Source: Myxococcota bacterium (GTDB lineage Bacteria > Myxococcota_A > UBA796 > CAJQPC01). Taken from it: a stretch of 64,000 nucleotides of DNA. The first letter of the stretch is position 1, and every line of letters starts with the position of its first letter. The notes under the pieces are model-generated. The model was not told the DNA's origin. It did not search any database and worked only from the letters and a program-made list of their open reading frames with translations. Position numbers and translations under genes: made by a program. The stretch is from the NCBI GenBank assembly GCA_036229005.1, contig JAZAMN010000002.1:1-64000 (forward strand), in the 5' to 3' direction. Shown here one piece after another: positions 50,278-60,382 of the stretch.

Positions 50278-50849
50278 GGCGCCTCCAGCAGGCTCTCGGC
50301 CCAGAAGCCCTCGGGGAGCTCCCGGATGATGGGGATCGCGTTGGGGACCTGGACGTCTCGGATTGCATCGGGGGCCAGGCCATCGGTGCGGCGCAGGATC
50401 ACCCGGATCACGCCGCCATGGGCGACCACGAGCACATCTCCGGAGCCAGCCTCCAGCCCGGCCAGCGTGGGGATCACCCGACGATCCAGGTCGGCGTAGC
50501 TCTCCCCGCCGGGGGCCTTGCCCTCCCAGGTCCGCATGGCGTCGAACGCTCCCGAGGCCCGCAGCGGCGCCTTGAGATGCCGCGCCCACTCGCCCATGCT
50601 GCGCTCTCCCAGCTCCCGGTGGATCCGGGGGGTCAAGGGGCGGGGGCCTACAGCGATACGGGCCGTCTCCACCGCCCGGCTCAGATCCGAGCAGAGCACC
50701 GCAGCGATCTGGGCCCCAGCGAGGTCACGCGCAGCCTGTCGGGCCTGGTCCCGCCCCCGCTCGGTGAGGGGGGTGTCGACCTGGCCCGACAGCCAGCCTT
50801 CGGCGTTGGCCACGGACTCGCCGTGGCGCAGGAAGATCCAGCGGCGCAT
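50274..50849 (-). CDS. Histidine phosphatase family protein
   Basis: RHGES, D.PLT..G, SDLSRA.ETA, GGES, VAHGG. Confidence 0.94.
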   Translation of the reverse strand: MRRWIFLRHGESVANAEGWLSGQVDTPLTERGRDQARQAARDLAGAQIAAVLCSDLSRAVETARIAVGPRPLTPRIHRELGERSMGEWARHLKAPLRASGAFDAMRTWEGKAPGGESYADLDRRVIPTLAGLEAGSGDVLVVAHGGVIRVILRRTDGLAPDAIRDVQVPNAIPIIRELPEGFWAESLLEAP

Positions 50850-50850
50850 C

Positions 50851-53800
50851 TCAGTCCTGGAGCAGCGCGCGCACCCGCTCTTCCGCGACCATGAAGGCGG
50901 CCACGTTGTTCGCGCGCGCGAGCACCGCGTCCGTCCCGGCCCGCAGGCGCTTGAGGTCGCCCCAGACCAGGCGGTGGCTGAGGCGCTCGACGTTCAGGCG
51001 CAGGTCGCCGGTCAGGGGGGTCTTGGAGATGACCTCGCGCAGCAGCAGCAGGTAGCGGTTGCGGACCATGCCCATGGCCACGTTGTCCCACTTGTTGCTG
51101 GCGATGTAGTCCTCGACCTTGGTGACGCCCCCGAGCAGCCCGGAGGCTTCTCCGATGGCCAGGAAGCGCACCATGGCGTCCCGGTCGGAGTCGCCGTTGT
51201 TGGCCTGCAGCCGGGCGATCTCGTAGGCGAAGGTGATGTTGTCCATCGCCACCACCCGCTCCGCGACGTTGAGCGGCAACCCCTTGTCCACGAAGCTCTG
51301 GACGACCTGGGGATCGTAGGTGCTCAGGCTGCGGGCGTGTCGGCCCACGCGGCTGAGCAGCGACTGCGCCTTCTCGAGCTGCTCCAGGGTGGGGATGCTC
51401 TCGCCGGGGCTCATCCAGGTCGCGCAGAGGCGCGCGATGGAGCGGGTGACCCGGGCCCAGGCGTCGTAGCGGGTCTGCAGCGGCGCGCCGGTCTTGTTGA
51501 TGGCGCTGCGCAGGGTGTTGATGCGGAAGGCCTTGGCCGCCCGGAGGAAGCCGCCCATGATCTCGCCGGGGTGGCGGGGGGCCAGATCCAGCATCATCGG
51601 GAAGAAGGTGGCCCCCATGTCCGCGACCGTCTCGGTCAGGGACACGGTCATGCCGATCTCCTTGGCCAGCATGTGGCCCTCGACGCGCTCGGGCCAGGTC
51701 AGCCGCACCTTCTTGGGGAAGTAGCCCAGGAGGCGCTGATCAAAATCGGGGATCCAGGCGGGCTCCGCGTCGTGCAGCGCGCGGTAGACATGCATCTTGA
51801 CGTGACTGGAGAGCACCGCCAGCTCTGGGCGGCTCAGGCCGGCGCCCGCCTCCCGGCGGCGGAAGAGCGCGTCGCTGCCCGGCAGGGTGAGGGCCGAGCG
51901 GCTGGGGCTGCCCTGCTCCTGGATCCAGGAGATGGTGCGGCCGAAGCTGAAGGGGTCATCGATGGAGCGGATGCGGTCGATCGAGAGCTGGCGGGCGTGG
52001 GCGTCGTTGTTCGCGAGCACCGAGCGGGTGACGGATCGGGTGAGCTCCGCGATCAGCTCGTTGCGCTGCTCGACGTTGACCACCTGATCCCGGACCAGGC
52101 CGCCCAGGAGGATCTTGAGGTTGACCTCGTGGTCGGACATGTCGACGCCGCCGGAGTTGTCGACAAAGTCGGTGTTCAGGCGGCCGCCGTTGAGGCCGTA
52201 CTGAACGCGCGCCGCCGCCGTGAACGAGAGGTTCGCGCCCTCGCCCACGGCCCGGGCCCGGATCTCGTCCGCGTTGATGCGCAGGCGGTCGTTGGGCGGG
52301 TCATCGGCGTGCTCGTGGGTCTCCCAGCCGGCCTTGAAGTAGGTTCCGATGCCGCCGCACCACAGCAGGTCCACCTCCATGCGGAGGATCAGGCGGATGA
52401 CCGCCTCGGGCGGCAGCTCATCCTTGAGGGTGCCCAGCATGGCCTTGGCCTGGGGGCTCAGGCGGATGCTCTTGGCCTTGCGGTCGAACACGCCGCCGCC
52501 CTCGGAGATCTTGCTGGTGTCGTAGCCATCCCAGCCGCGCACCGCGCGGAACAGGCGCTTGCGCTCCTTGTAGGAGCTCTCCGCGTCGGGCTCGGGGTCC
52601 AGGAAGATGTGCAGGTGGTTGAACGCCGCCCGCAGCTTCATGGTCGGGTACTCGATCACACCGTTGCCGAACACATCGCCGCCGGTGTCCCCCACGCCGA
52701 TGGCGGTGAAGGTGTCGGTGCTGGGGTCCAGGCCCATCTCCAGGAAGTGGCGGTTCACGCACTCCCAGGCGCCGCGGGCCGTGATGCCCACCTTCTTGTG
52801 GTCGTAGCCGTGGCTACCGCCCGACGCGAAGGCGTCCCCCAGCCAGAAGTCGTACTCGTCGACCGCGACCTGGTTGGCGGTGTCGGAGAGGTGCGCGGTG
52901 CCCTTGTCCGCCGCGACCACCAGGTAGGGATCCCGGCCCCCATCGTGCATCACCACCTGCGGCGGGTTGATGACCTCGCTCCCCCGATAGTTGTCGGTGA
53001 CGTCGAGCAGGCCCCGGATGAACCAGCGGTAGAGCTCATCGGCCTTGCGGCGCCGCTCAGCCCGGTCATTGATGGTCTTGCGGATGCGGAAACCACCCTT
53101 GGCGCCCTCGGGCACGATGACCACGTTCTTGACCATCTGGGTGGTGACCAGGCCCATGATCTCCACGCGGTAGTCCACGCGGTCGGACCAGCGCAGGCCA
53201 CCGCGAGCGACCGGGCCGCCGCGGAAGTGCAGGCCCTCCATCTCGGGGTGGTGCACGTAGATCTCGTACATCAGCCGGGGCTCAGGGACGAGCCCCTCGA
53301 GCTGGGCGTGCTCGATCTTGTAGGAGATGTACCAGGCCTTGCGGTCGCTGCGGAAGAAGTTGGTGCGCACCGTCCCCTGCATCAGCCGGAACAGAGAGCG
53401 CAGGGCGTAGTCCTCGTCGCCGTCGAACACGCGGCGGAGCCCGTCCTGGACCGCGTCGGCGGCCTTGGCCATCTTGCCCTTCCGGGCGCTCTCGCTGATC
53501 TCCGGGTCGAAGCGGGCGTGGAAGTACCCGACCAGGCGGCCCAGCATCTTGGGGTGCGCCAGCAGGATGCCCCCCAGGCGCTCGCTGCTCAGGCGCAGGC
53601 CGAGCTGGTTGAGGTGGCCGTGGTAGGCGCGCACCAGGTCGACATCCTTCCAGGACAGCCCCGAACGCAGGACCAGCCCGTTGAGGCGGTCATCGGGGCA
53701 CTGCTTGGTGAACACCGCCTCAAGAGCCTCGACCAACAGCTCCCCGCGGGCCAGCAGCTCCTCGGGCTCCATCCCGAAGGCGCCGTGCAGACGGAAGGTA

Positions 53801-55539
53801 TCCATCTCCCGGGCCGGGCAGTTCTCGGGGGTCACCTTGTCGGCGAACTGGTCGATGACGACGAGCCCGAAGTTGTCCAGCACCGGCAGGGCGTCGGACA
53901 GGATGATCGAGCCCACCTGATACAGCCGCAGATACATGTCCCCGCGGTACTGGAACACCGTCGCCGTGACGGGACGCACGCCGGCCTCCAGCTTCTCCAG
54001 GTGCAGGATGTCGCGGCGGGCGCGCTTGGGCGTGGCCCAGGACTGGTAGTCCGGCTCGAAGGCGTCGGAGTACTTGGCGAACAGCCGCTCGGTGGTCTCC
54101 TCGTCGTAGTCCTCGGACAGCACGTCGTAGAGGCGGTTGTCCCAGGGGGTGGCCAGCTCCACCAGGCGGTCGTGTAGCGCCTCGGCCTGCTCATCCTCCA
54201 GGCGCCGCGCGCCGGTCAGGTAGTAGTGGACCAGGACGGTCTGGTAGCGGCCGACCAGCACGCCGTGGTCGGAGTAGGTCGCGCCGGTGGACTCGTGCAG
54301 CACGTTCTCCATGCGCACGCGGGTCTCCTCGGCGTACTGGGCCCGGGGCATCGCGACGAGCACGAAGGTGATGCCGGACTTCTGCACCAGGAACACCTGG
54401 ACCTGCTGCCCGGCCTCCGCGTCCAGGACGCGGTCCACCATCCCCGTGATCTCCTCGATCGTGGCGGTGAACAGGTACTCCGTGGGGAGGCTGTCGAACA
54501 CGTTGGCCACGCCCTTGTAGCGCCAGCTCCCGGGCCGCGCGGTCTCCAGGGACAGGACCTGGGCCAGGATGCGGCGCAGGATGGGCACGCTGCGGGAGGG
54601 CTGGGTCACAGCGCGGAAGGTGAACATGCCGCGCATCACGAGCACGTGCTGGGGCTCACCCGCCTCGTCCGGCACCAACACCCGGATCTCGTCCACCCGG
54701 CCGGCGCGGTGCACCGGCGACTCCCGATGGCCCTTGACGACCTGAACCGGGGTCTCATCGAACTCGGCATCGTCCAGGCCGGGCGCGGCGATGTGCTCCC
54801 AGTGGGCGGAGACACACTCGGCCTCGAAGCCCAGGCGGCGGCCGGTGCCGTCAGCCAGCCCCATGAACACGAAGTTGTCGGCGAGCAGCCAGCGCAGGAA
54901 CTCGGAGGCCTCGCGGAAGTGGCCTTTCCCTTCGGTGTCGCGCGCGTCCAGGCGGGCGTAGAGGCTGGCCACCCGATCCACGGCGGCGGTCATCTCAGCA
55001 AAGTCCCGCACCATGGAGCGCGCCAGGCGCAGGTTGCCCTTGAGCGTGGTGTCCAGGTGATCCAGCTCCGCCGAAGGCACGCCGCTGATCTCGAACTCGG
55101 TCACCGACTCCAGCTCGTCCTCGTTGTCGCCCAGGCGCAGCATGCGGCCGCTCTCGTCGCGCCCCACCGGCATCACGGCGTTGAACCCAGACTCGTGCTG
55201 GGCCCCGACCTGCTCCAGCAGCAGGCGGATGGTGTCGACGATGAAGGGCTGATCCAACATCGAGGTGCGCAGCACCGCCGGCCCGTGCTCGCTGCGGACC
55301 AGCTCCGTCTCGATCTCGTCCTCCTTCCGGACCAGCGCCACCTTGAACGCTGACAGCAGCGCCTGGGGAACCTGCTTTGCGCCATAGCGGGCGATGTAGG
55401 GCTCGCGGAGCTGCGTGGCGACGGTGCGGGCGAACTCCCGGAACAGGCCCTGCTCGTCTTCGGGGAGAGAGGCCAGCGCCTCCTTGGCGTGGGCCATCAC
55501 CTTTCGGGCGCGGTTTGCGGACTTGCTCTGACGGTTCAT
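50851..55539 (-). CDS. gdhB: Large NAD-specific glutamate dehydrogenase
   Basis: DQPFIVD, RTNFF, ARGGLRWSDR, VKN.VIVP.GAKGGF, DPYLVVAADKGTA, DAFASGGS.GYDHK, GEGANL, DNSGGVD.SDHEVNLKI; about 1560 aa. Confidence 0.95.
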   Translation of the reverse strand: MNRQSKSANRARKVMAHAKEALASLPEDEQGLFREFARTVATQLREPYIARYGAKQVPQALLSAFKVALVRKEDEIETELVRSEHGPAVLRTSMLDQPFIVDTIRLLLEQVGAQHESGFNAVMPVGRDESGRMLRLGDNEDELESVTEFEISGVPSAELDHLDTTLKGNLRLARSMVRDFAEMTAAVDRVASLYARLDARDTEGKGHFREASEFLRWLLADNFVFMGLADGTGRRLGFEAECVSAHWEHIAAPGLDDAEFDETPVQVVKGHRESPVHRAGRVDEIRVLVPDEAGEPQHVLVMRGMFTFRAVTQPSRSVPILRRILAQVLSLETARPGSWRYKGVANVFDSLPTEYLFTATIEEITGMVDRVLDAEAGQQVQVFLVQKSGITFVLVAMPRAQYAEETRVRMENVLHESTGATYSDHGVLVGRYQTVLVHYYLTGARRLEDEQAEALHDRLVELATPWDNRLYDVLSEDYDEETTERLFAKYSDAFEPDYQSWATPKRARRDILHLEKLEAGVRPVTATVFQYRGDMYLRLYQVGSIILSDALPVLDNFGLVVIDQFADKVTPENCPAREMDTFRLHGAFGMEPEELLARGELLVEALEAVFTKQCPDDRLNGLVLRSGLSWKDVDLVRAYHGHLNQLGLRLSSERLGGILLAHPKMLGRLVGYFHARFDPEISESARKGKMAKAADAVQDGLRRVFDGDEDYALRSLFRLMQGTVRTNFFRSDRKAWYISYKIEHAQLEGLVPEPRLMYEIYVHHPEMEGLHFRGGPVARGGLRWSDRVDYRVEIMGLVTTQMVKNVVIVPEGAKGGFRIRKTINDRAERRRKADELYRWFIRGLLDVTDNYRGSEVINPPQVVMHDGGRDPYLVVAADKGTAHLSDTANQVAVDEYDFWLGDAFASGGSHGYDHKKVGITARGAWECVNRHFLEMGLDPSTDTFTAIGVGDTGGDVFGNGVIEYPTMKLRAAFNHLHIFLDPEPDAESSYKERKRLFRAVRGWDGYDTSKISEGGGVFDRKAKSIRLSPQAKAMLGTLKDELPPEAVIRLILRMEVDLLWCGGIGTYFKAGWETHEHADDPPNDRLRINADEIRARAVGEGANLSFTAAARVQYGLNGGRLNTDFVDNSGGVDMSDHEVNLKILLGGLVRDQVVNVEQRNELIAELTRSVTRSVLANNDAHARQLSIDRIRSIDDPFSFGRTISWIQEQGSPSRSALTLPGSDALFRRREAGAGLSRPELAVLSSHVKMHVYRALHDAEPAWIPDFDQRLLGYFPKKVRLTWPERVEGHMLAKEIGMTVSLTETVADMGATFFPMMLDLAPRHPGEIMGGFLRAAKAFRINTLRSAINKTGAPLQTRYDAWARVTRSIARLCATWMSPGESIPTLEQLEKAQSLLSRVGRHARSLSTYDPQVVQSFVDKGLPLNVAERVVAMDNITFAYEIARLQANNGDSDRDAMVRFLAIGEASGLLGGVTKVEDYIASNKWDNVAMGMVRNRYLLLLREVISKTPLTGDLRLNVERLSHRLVWGDLKRLRAGTDAVLARANNVAAFMVAEERVRALLQD

Positions 55540-55614
55540 TGCTTCACCTGGGGCAGGTTCTTTCAAGGTGCCCAAGACCCTAACGCAGGTTCAGAATCCG
55601 TCCTCCCGGAGCTG

Positions 55615-56556
55615 TCAGGGTTCGGCCACATCCACCGCCGACGAGGGGTAGAGCGCCCACGCGTCCCCCTCTCGAAACTCGACCACACCGAGCTTCCCGC
55701 CGTAGTGTGAAGAGATCCCCAGGTCGATTCCCAGCAGCGCGCCGCCGCAGCGCTCCGCCACCTGTCCGGTTCGCTGGGTGGTGTGACCGACCACCATCCG
55801 CCGCGCCCCCAGGGTCCCCAGCGCCTGCTGCAGCTCCAGGCAGGCCCGCTCGCTGCCGCTGACGTAGTCCCGGTACCAGATCGGCGAGTCCGTCCCGAGC
55901 TGACTGGGCGGCAGCCGCCCCTGCACCACCCCCGCCGCGAGCGCGTTCATGCTCTCTACCCCCAGCTTGGCGAACCCCGGCGTGATCCCCCCGTGCACGA
56001 ACACCGTGTCTCCCACCTGCGCGACCATCGGGCGCTCCCGCAGCCACGCCCCCAGCGTCCCCTGCGCCGAGAAGGCCTGCTGCCGCGCCTCAACGCTCCC
56101 GAAGTCGGCCACGTCGCCCTCACTCACGTAGCGCCAGTCGCCCGTCAGGTTCATCACCTCGTGGTTGCCCAGCAGCACGATGACCTCGCCCCCAGCGGCC
56201 GCCGCCTCCCCCTGCAGGCGCATCAGCAGCTCCAGCACCTCCTTGGAGTCCGGGCCCCGATCCGTCTGATCCCCCGTCTGCACCAGCACGGCCTCACCGC
56301 CCACCCAGTGGCCCTCCGCGTCGCTCAATCCCGCGAGCTGCAGCACCGCCAGGGTCTGAGGCAGATCTGCGTGCAGATCCCCGATCGCCACAACCCTCTG
56401 GGGCCAGGGGTCCCAAGACACCTCTGCAGCTCCCGGTGTCGGCGAGGTCACCTCGGCGCGGACCGCTTCGACAGCGGCCGCCGAGGGCGCCGCGGGCTGA
56501 GGCTGGGAGGGGGTGGTGCGCGTGCAGGCGAGGGCCAACCACAGGGCGGCGGACAT
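55615..56556 (-). CDS. Metallophosphoesterase (Shewanella-like PPP phosphatase), lipoprotein
   Basis: Leader LALAC; GDLHAD, GDQTDRG, GNHE, HGG, VVGHT, IDLG. Confidence 0.9.
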   Translation of the reverse strand: MSAALWLALACTRTTPSQPQPAAPSAAAVEAVRAEVTSPTPGAAEVSWDPWPQRVVAIGDLHADLPQTLAVLQLAGLSDAEGHWVGGEAVLVQTGDQTDRGPDSKEVLELLMRLQGEAAAAGGEVIVLLGNHEVMNLTGDWRYVSEGDVADFGSVEARQQAFSAQGTLGAWLRERPMVAQVGDTVFVHGGITPGFAKLGVESMNALAAGVVQGRLPPSQLGTDSPIWYRDYVSGSERACLELQQALGTLGARRMVVGHTTQRTGQVAERCGGALLGIDLGISSHYGGKLGVVEFREGDAWALYPSSAVDVAEP

Positions 56557-56624
56557 GGGTGCTCCGGGCAGAGGGCTCTGGGAGGGGCTACGCTGATTGC
56601 AGCACATCCGTGCGGAGGAGGACC

Positions 56625-57938
56625 ATGGACAGCGAGGATCCCAAGCTGCTGCCCGCCCTGGAGCGACTGGCAGAGCTGGCCCAGCAGAAGGGCGCGAGCG
56701 ACGTGGAGCTTCTGGACCTGCGCTGGCAGGCCAGCAGCGTCGAGGTGCGGGACGGCCGCGCCGGCCCCACACAGCACACCCGGGGCACCATCCTCCGGGG
56801 CCGCGTCTACGCCGGCGAGGGCCAGGTCGCTGGCTTCGCCACCAAGGATCCGGCCCGCGCCACCGAGGCGCTCTCCGACGCGCTCCTGCGCGCCCGCAGC
56901 ATGGCCCCTGCCCCCGCGGCCGCTCCCGCCGAGCGCTTCCCCATCAGCGAGCGCGGCCAGGGCTTGGACGACCGTCGCTACGGCCAGATCTCCGATCGCG
57001 AGCGCGCCGAGGTCGCCCTGGAGAACTTCTCCGGCTGCGACCTCAAGGGCGTCCACTGCCTGGGCGCTGACTACAACGACAACCGCAACCTGCGGGCCTT
57101 CTTCTCCACCCGGGGCATCGCGACCACCAACAGCGACACCCGCTACGACGTGCGCGTGCGCGCGAGCCTGGCGGACGGCAGCCACGAGACCTCCTTCCAG
57201 GCGGCCGGACGCGCCTTCGCGTCCATCGGCGTCCTCCCCTACGGGCGCGATCTCGCCGAGCGCCTCAAGGAGCTCGCCGCCACCCCGGTCCCCTTCCCCG
57301 GCGGAGACCCCGCCATCGTGCTGGAGCCCGAGGTCCTCTCCACCCTCGTGCACCAGCTCGGCCCCGCGTTCTGCGCCGACCGGGTGCAGGCCGGCGCCTC
57401 CTTCCTCTCCGGCCACGACGGCCCCCTGGGCAGCGACCGCGTCAGCCTGATCGACGACGGCAGCCTGCACGGCGCGCTGCTCGCCCGGGCCTTCGACGAT
57501 CGCGGCGTGCCCCCCATGCCCGTGCCCCTGATCCGGGACGGCGCGCTCGGGGGCCTCCTTCACAGCCCTGAGACCGCCCGCGAGGGCCAGGCCCGCCCCA
57601 CCGGGCACGTCCTGGACGGCAACCTCTCCCCCAGCAACCTGCTGCTGCGCCCCGGGCGCCGCAGCCGCACCCAGATGCTCGGCGAGGTCCCGCTGGCCCT
57701 GCAGTTCGACCGCCTGGACGGCGAGCTGGATCTGCGCACCGGGCGCTTCGAGTACCGCGGCCCCGCCTGGATCCTCGAGGCCGGCAAGCGCCGCGGACGA
57801 GTCGCTCAGGCCGTGCTCCGAGGCCACATCACCGAGCTCTTGGCCGGCGTGAAGGAGCTGGCCAACAACCAGCGCCGCACCCTGGACGTGGACTGCGCCA
57901 CCGCCGTGATCACCGACTTCCCGGTGAGCGCCGAGTAG
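56625..57938 (+). CDS. TldD/PmbA family protein (PmbA/TldE-like)
   Basis: GGAGGA RBS; FDDRGVP..LIRDG, PTGH, PSNLLL.PG; no HExxGH motif. Confidence 0.85.
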   Translation: MDSEDPKLLPALERLAELAQQKGASDVELLDLRWQASSVEVRDGRAGPTQHTRGTILRGRVYAGEGQVAGFATKDPARATEALSDALLRARSMAPAPAAAPAERFPISERGQGLDDRRYGQISDRERAEVALENFSGCDLKGVHCLGADYNDNRNLRAFFSTRGIATTNSDTRYDVRVRASLADGSHETSFQAAGRAFASIGVLPYGRDLAERLKELAATPVPFPGGDPAIVLEPEVLSTLVHQLGPAFCADRVQAGASFLSGHDGPLGSDRVSLIDDGSLHGALLARAFDDRGVPPMPVPLIRDGALGGLLHSPETAREGQARPTGHVLDGNLSPSNLLLRPGRRSRTQMLGEVPLALQFDRLDGELDLRTGRFEYRGPAWILEAGKRRGRVAQAVLRGHITELLAGVKELANNQRRTLDVDCATAVITDFPVSAE

Positions 57939-57980
57939 CCCCCGAAGCCGAGCCTCCCAAGCGGGGCTCCATCTGGGCCG

Positions 57981-58982
57981 TCAGCGCAGGATCTGGTGCA
58001 TCGCCCCGAGCTGGCTGTGCACCGACCGCGCGAGCGCGAGCTGCCCCTGACCCCGGAGCAGGTTGTGCGCGCCGCGGGTCGGCGCGACCTTGGGATTCCA
58101 CCCAAAGTAGCGCTCCTCCAATGCGTCACACAGAAAGCGCGCGGACAGCTCCAGGCAGATGCGCTCCACGCCAAAGGGCAGCAGCACGCGCTGCCAGGAC
58201 TCCAGCGGCCGCTCCGCCAGGTAGCCCCGGGCGCTGGCCTCGAAGAGCTCCAGATCAAAGCGCGTCTCCGCGGCGTCTTCGGCCGCCGGGTTGCACCAGC
58301 TCCGCCAGGCATCGCCCAGCTCTACGCTCAGGGGCAGCCGCCCCATCGTGTCCAGGTCCAGCAGACAGATCCCCTGCCCGGCCTCGTCAAAGCGCAGGTT
58401 GGAGATCTTGAGGTCGCCGTGGGCGACCGCCGTCGGCTCGTCCAGCTCCCCCTGCCAGCGCTCCCAGAGCCCCAGCACCTCCTGCGCCAGCGGGGCGACC
58501 TGGTCGTGGAGCCGGTGATCCTTGTGGGCGTCCAGCGCCTGCTGCAGCAGCTCCATGTGGTGCGGCGTGTGGTGGGCCAGCGGGCGGGAGAACACGAACT
58601 CGTGCTCCAGGTCGCTCACAGCGTGGTGCCATCGGGCCACCAGCGCGCCAGCCGCCGCCGCGAGCGCCGGGTCGGACACCTTGTGCACGCTGCGCCCGGG
58701 GACCCAGGTCAGCGCCCGCCAGGGCCCCTGCTCGGTCTCCACCCACAGCCTGCCGTCGGCTGCGGGAATCACCCGGGGCGTGCACATGCCCTTGGCGGCC
58801 AGGTGCGCCGTCACCGCCGCGATGTCCTCGTTGACGCGCCCCGGGAACACCGGGTGCAGCTTCTGGACGACCGCAACAGGCGGTGTGCCCACCGCGTACG
58901 TCTCGTTGATCAGCCCGCCATCCAGGGGCTGATGTGGCAGTGAGCACAGCTCACTCCACGCTTGCAGGGGAGGTCTGGACAT
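57981..58982 (-). CDS. Aminoglycoside-phosphotransferase-like kinase
   Basis: GGLINETY, HGDLKISN, LDLDT, ELGDAWRS. Confidence 0.88.
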   Translation of the reverse strand: MSRPPLQAWSELCSLPHQPLDGGLINETYAVGTPPVAVVQKLHPVFPGRVNEDIAAVTAHLAAKGMCTPRVIPAADGRLWVETEQGPWRALTWVPGRSVHKVSDPALAAAAGALVARWHHAVSDLEHEFVFSRPLAHHTPHHMELLQQALDAHKDHRLHDQVAPLAQEVLGLWERWQGELDEPTAVAHGDLKISNLRFDEAGQGICLLDLDTMGRLPLSVELGDAWRSWCNPAAEDAAETRFDLELFEASARGYLAERPLESWQRVLLPFGVERICLELSARFLCDALEERYFGWNPKVAPTRGAHNLLRGQGQLALARSVHSQLGAMHQILR

Positions 58983-59043
58983 GACAAGAGTTGTATCACC
59001 TTCCCCTGCCCCCGCCTCCCCCGCGATTCCTCCCGGAGCCCCC

Positions 59044-59613
59044 ATGTCCCGCCTGCTGACCCTGGCCCTGTTCTCCATCATGCTCGGCGCCACCTGCCGC
59101 AAGAACAACACCGACGTCACCGTCGACCCCACCGGTGGCGTTGGCCAGACCGACGGCAGCGAGGGCGCGGACGGCAGCAACGGGAGCGGCGGAATGGACG
59201 CCACCCCCGACCGCGACACCCCCGAGCACGTCGCCACCATCGTGGCCAACTTCTCGCGCGTCTACTTCGACTTCGACAGCTCCGAGCTGGCCCCCGAGGC
59301 CAAGGCCGCCCTGGACGCCAACGTCGCCCTCCTGCAGAAGTACCCCGACATCAAGGTGCAGATCCAGGGCCACGCCGACGAGCGCGGCACCACCGAGTAC
59401 AACATGGCCCTGGGCGACCGCCGCGCCAACGAGGTCAAGACCTACCTGGCCAACCAGGGCGTCGCCCCCAGCCGCCTGACCCTCATCTCCTACGGCGAGG
59501 AGATGCCCCTGGACGCCAGCGGCGGCGAGCGCGCCTGGTCCGTCAACCGCCGCGCCGAGTTCATCGTCACCTGGGGTGGCGACGGCCAGATCGGCTCCAG
59601 CACCGGCGAGTAG
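59044..59613 (+). CDS. pal: Peptidoglycan-associated lipoprotein (OmpA family)
   Basis: Lipobox GATC; VYFDFDSSEL, GHADERGTTEYNMALGDRRA, SYGEE, NRRAEF. Confidence 0.9.
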   Translation: MSRLLTLALFSIMLGATCRKNNTDVTVDPTGGVGQTDGSEGADGSNGSGGMDATPDRDTPEHVATIVANFSRVYFDFDSSELAPEAKAALDANVALLQKYPDIKVQIQGHADERGTTEYNMALGDRRANEVKTYLANQGVAPSRLTLISYGEEMPLDASGGERAWSVNRRAEFIVTWGGDGQIGSSTGE

Positions 59614-59631
59614 TCCTGCCCGGGAGTCCCG

Positions 59632-60375
59632 ATGCCCGGCCTGCTCGACAGCCACTGCCACCTGGACTTCCCGGCCTACGACGGCCAGCGAGACGCCCTG
59701 CTCACCCGCGCCCGAGAGGCCGGGGTGCAGGGCGTCGTCGTTCCAGCGACCCACCCCGACACCTGGGCGCGCACCTGCAGCATGGCCGCCCTGCCCGGCG
59801 TCCGGGTCGCCCTGGGCCTGCACCCCGTGTTCATCCCCAGAGGCGGATTGGAACCGGGTGACCTCGCTGGCGCCCTGCAGTCTCAGCTCGTGGAGAGCGG
59901 GGCGGTGGCTGTAGGTGAATGCGGGCTGCACAAGGGCCCCATCCCCTTCTCCCTCCAAGAGCAGCTCCTGCGCGTCCAGCTCCAGGTGGCCCGCGCCCTC
60001 GACCTCCCCGTCATCCTGCACTGCGTCGGCGCCCACGGACGCCTGCTGGCTCTGCTACAGGACTTCGGCCCCCTACGCGGCGTGCTGCACAGCTACTCCG
60101 GCTCGGCGGAGATGGTGCCCGCCTATGCGGCGCTCGGGCTTCACTTCTCCTTTGGCTGGCCCGTGACCTGGGAGGAAGCGCGACGGGTGCGCTCGGCGCT
60201 CTCGGCCACACCGCCTGGCCGCTTGATGGTCGAGTCCGACGGCCCAGATCTCCCCCATCGACGAGGTCACCCGTCCGCAGACCCACCCCAGCCCGCGGAC
60301 GTCGCGGCGATCGCTGCGCACATGGCCGCCCTGGGCCACACGCCAGGCTGGGGGCCCTTCACCCCCTGGGACTGA
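59632..60375 (+). CDS. tatD: TatD family hydrolase
   Basis: DSHCHLD, GLHP, VGECGL, PVILH, GVLHSYSGS, VESDGP. Confidence 0.92.
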   Translation: MPGLLDSHCHLDFPAYDGQRDALLTRAREAGVQGVVVPATHPDTWARTCSMAALPGVRVALGLHPVFIPRGGLEPGDLAGALQSQLVESGAVAVGECGLHKGPIPFSLQEQLLRVQLQVARALDLPVILHCVGAHGRLLALLQDFGPLRGVLHSYSGSAEMVPAYAALGLHFSFGWPVTWEEARRVRSALSATPPGRLMVESDGPDLPHRRGHPSADPPQPADVAAIAAHMAALGHTPGWGPFTPWD

Positions 60376-60382
60376 GCGCCCC

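Noticed and set aside
50518..54177. 1219 aa plus-strand ORF
   Set aside because: Antisense to the well-supported NAD-GDH.
59044..59613. Tol-Pal operon
   Set aside because: No tolQRA nearby, and the TolB-like genes are about 40 kb away and resemble only the propeller part.
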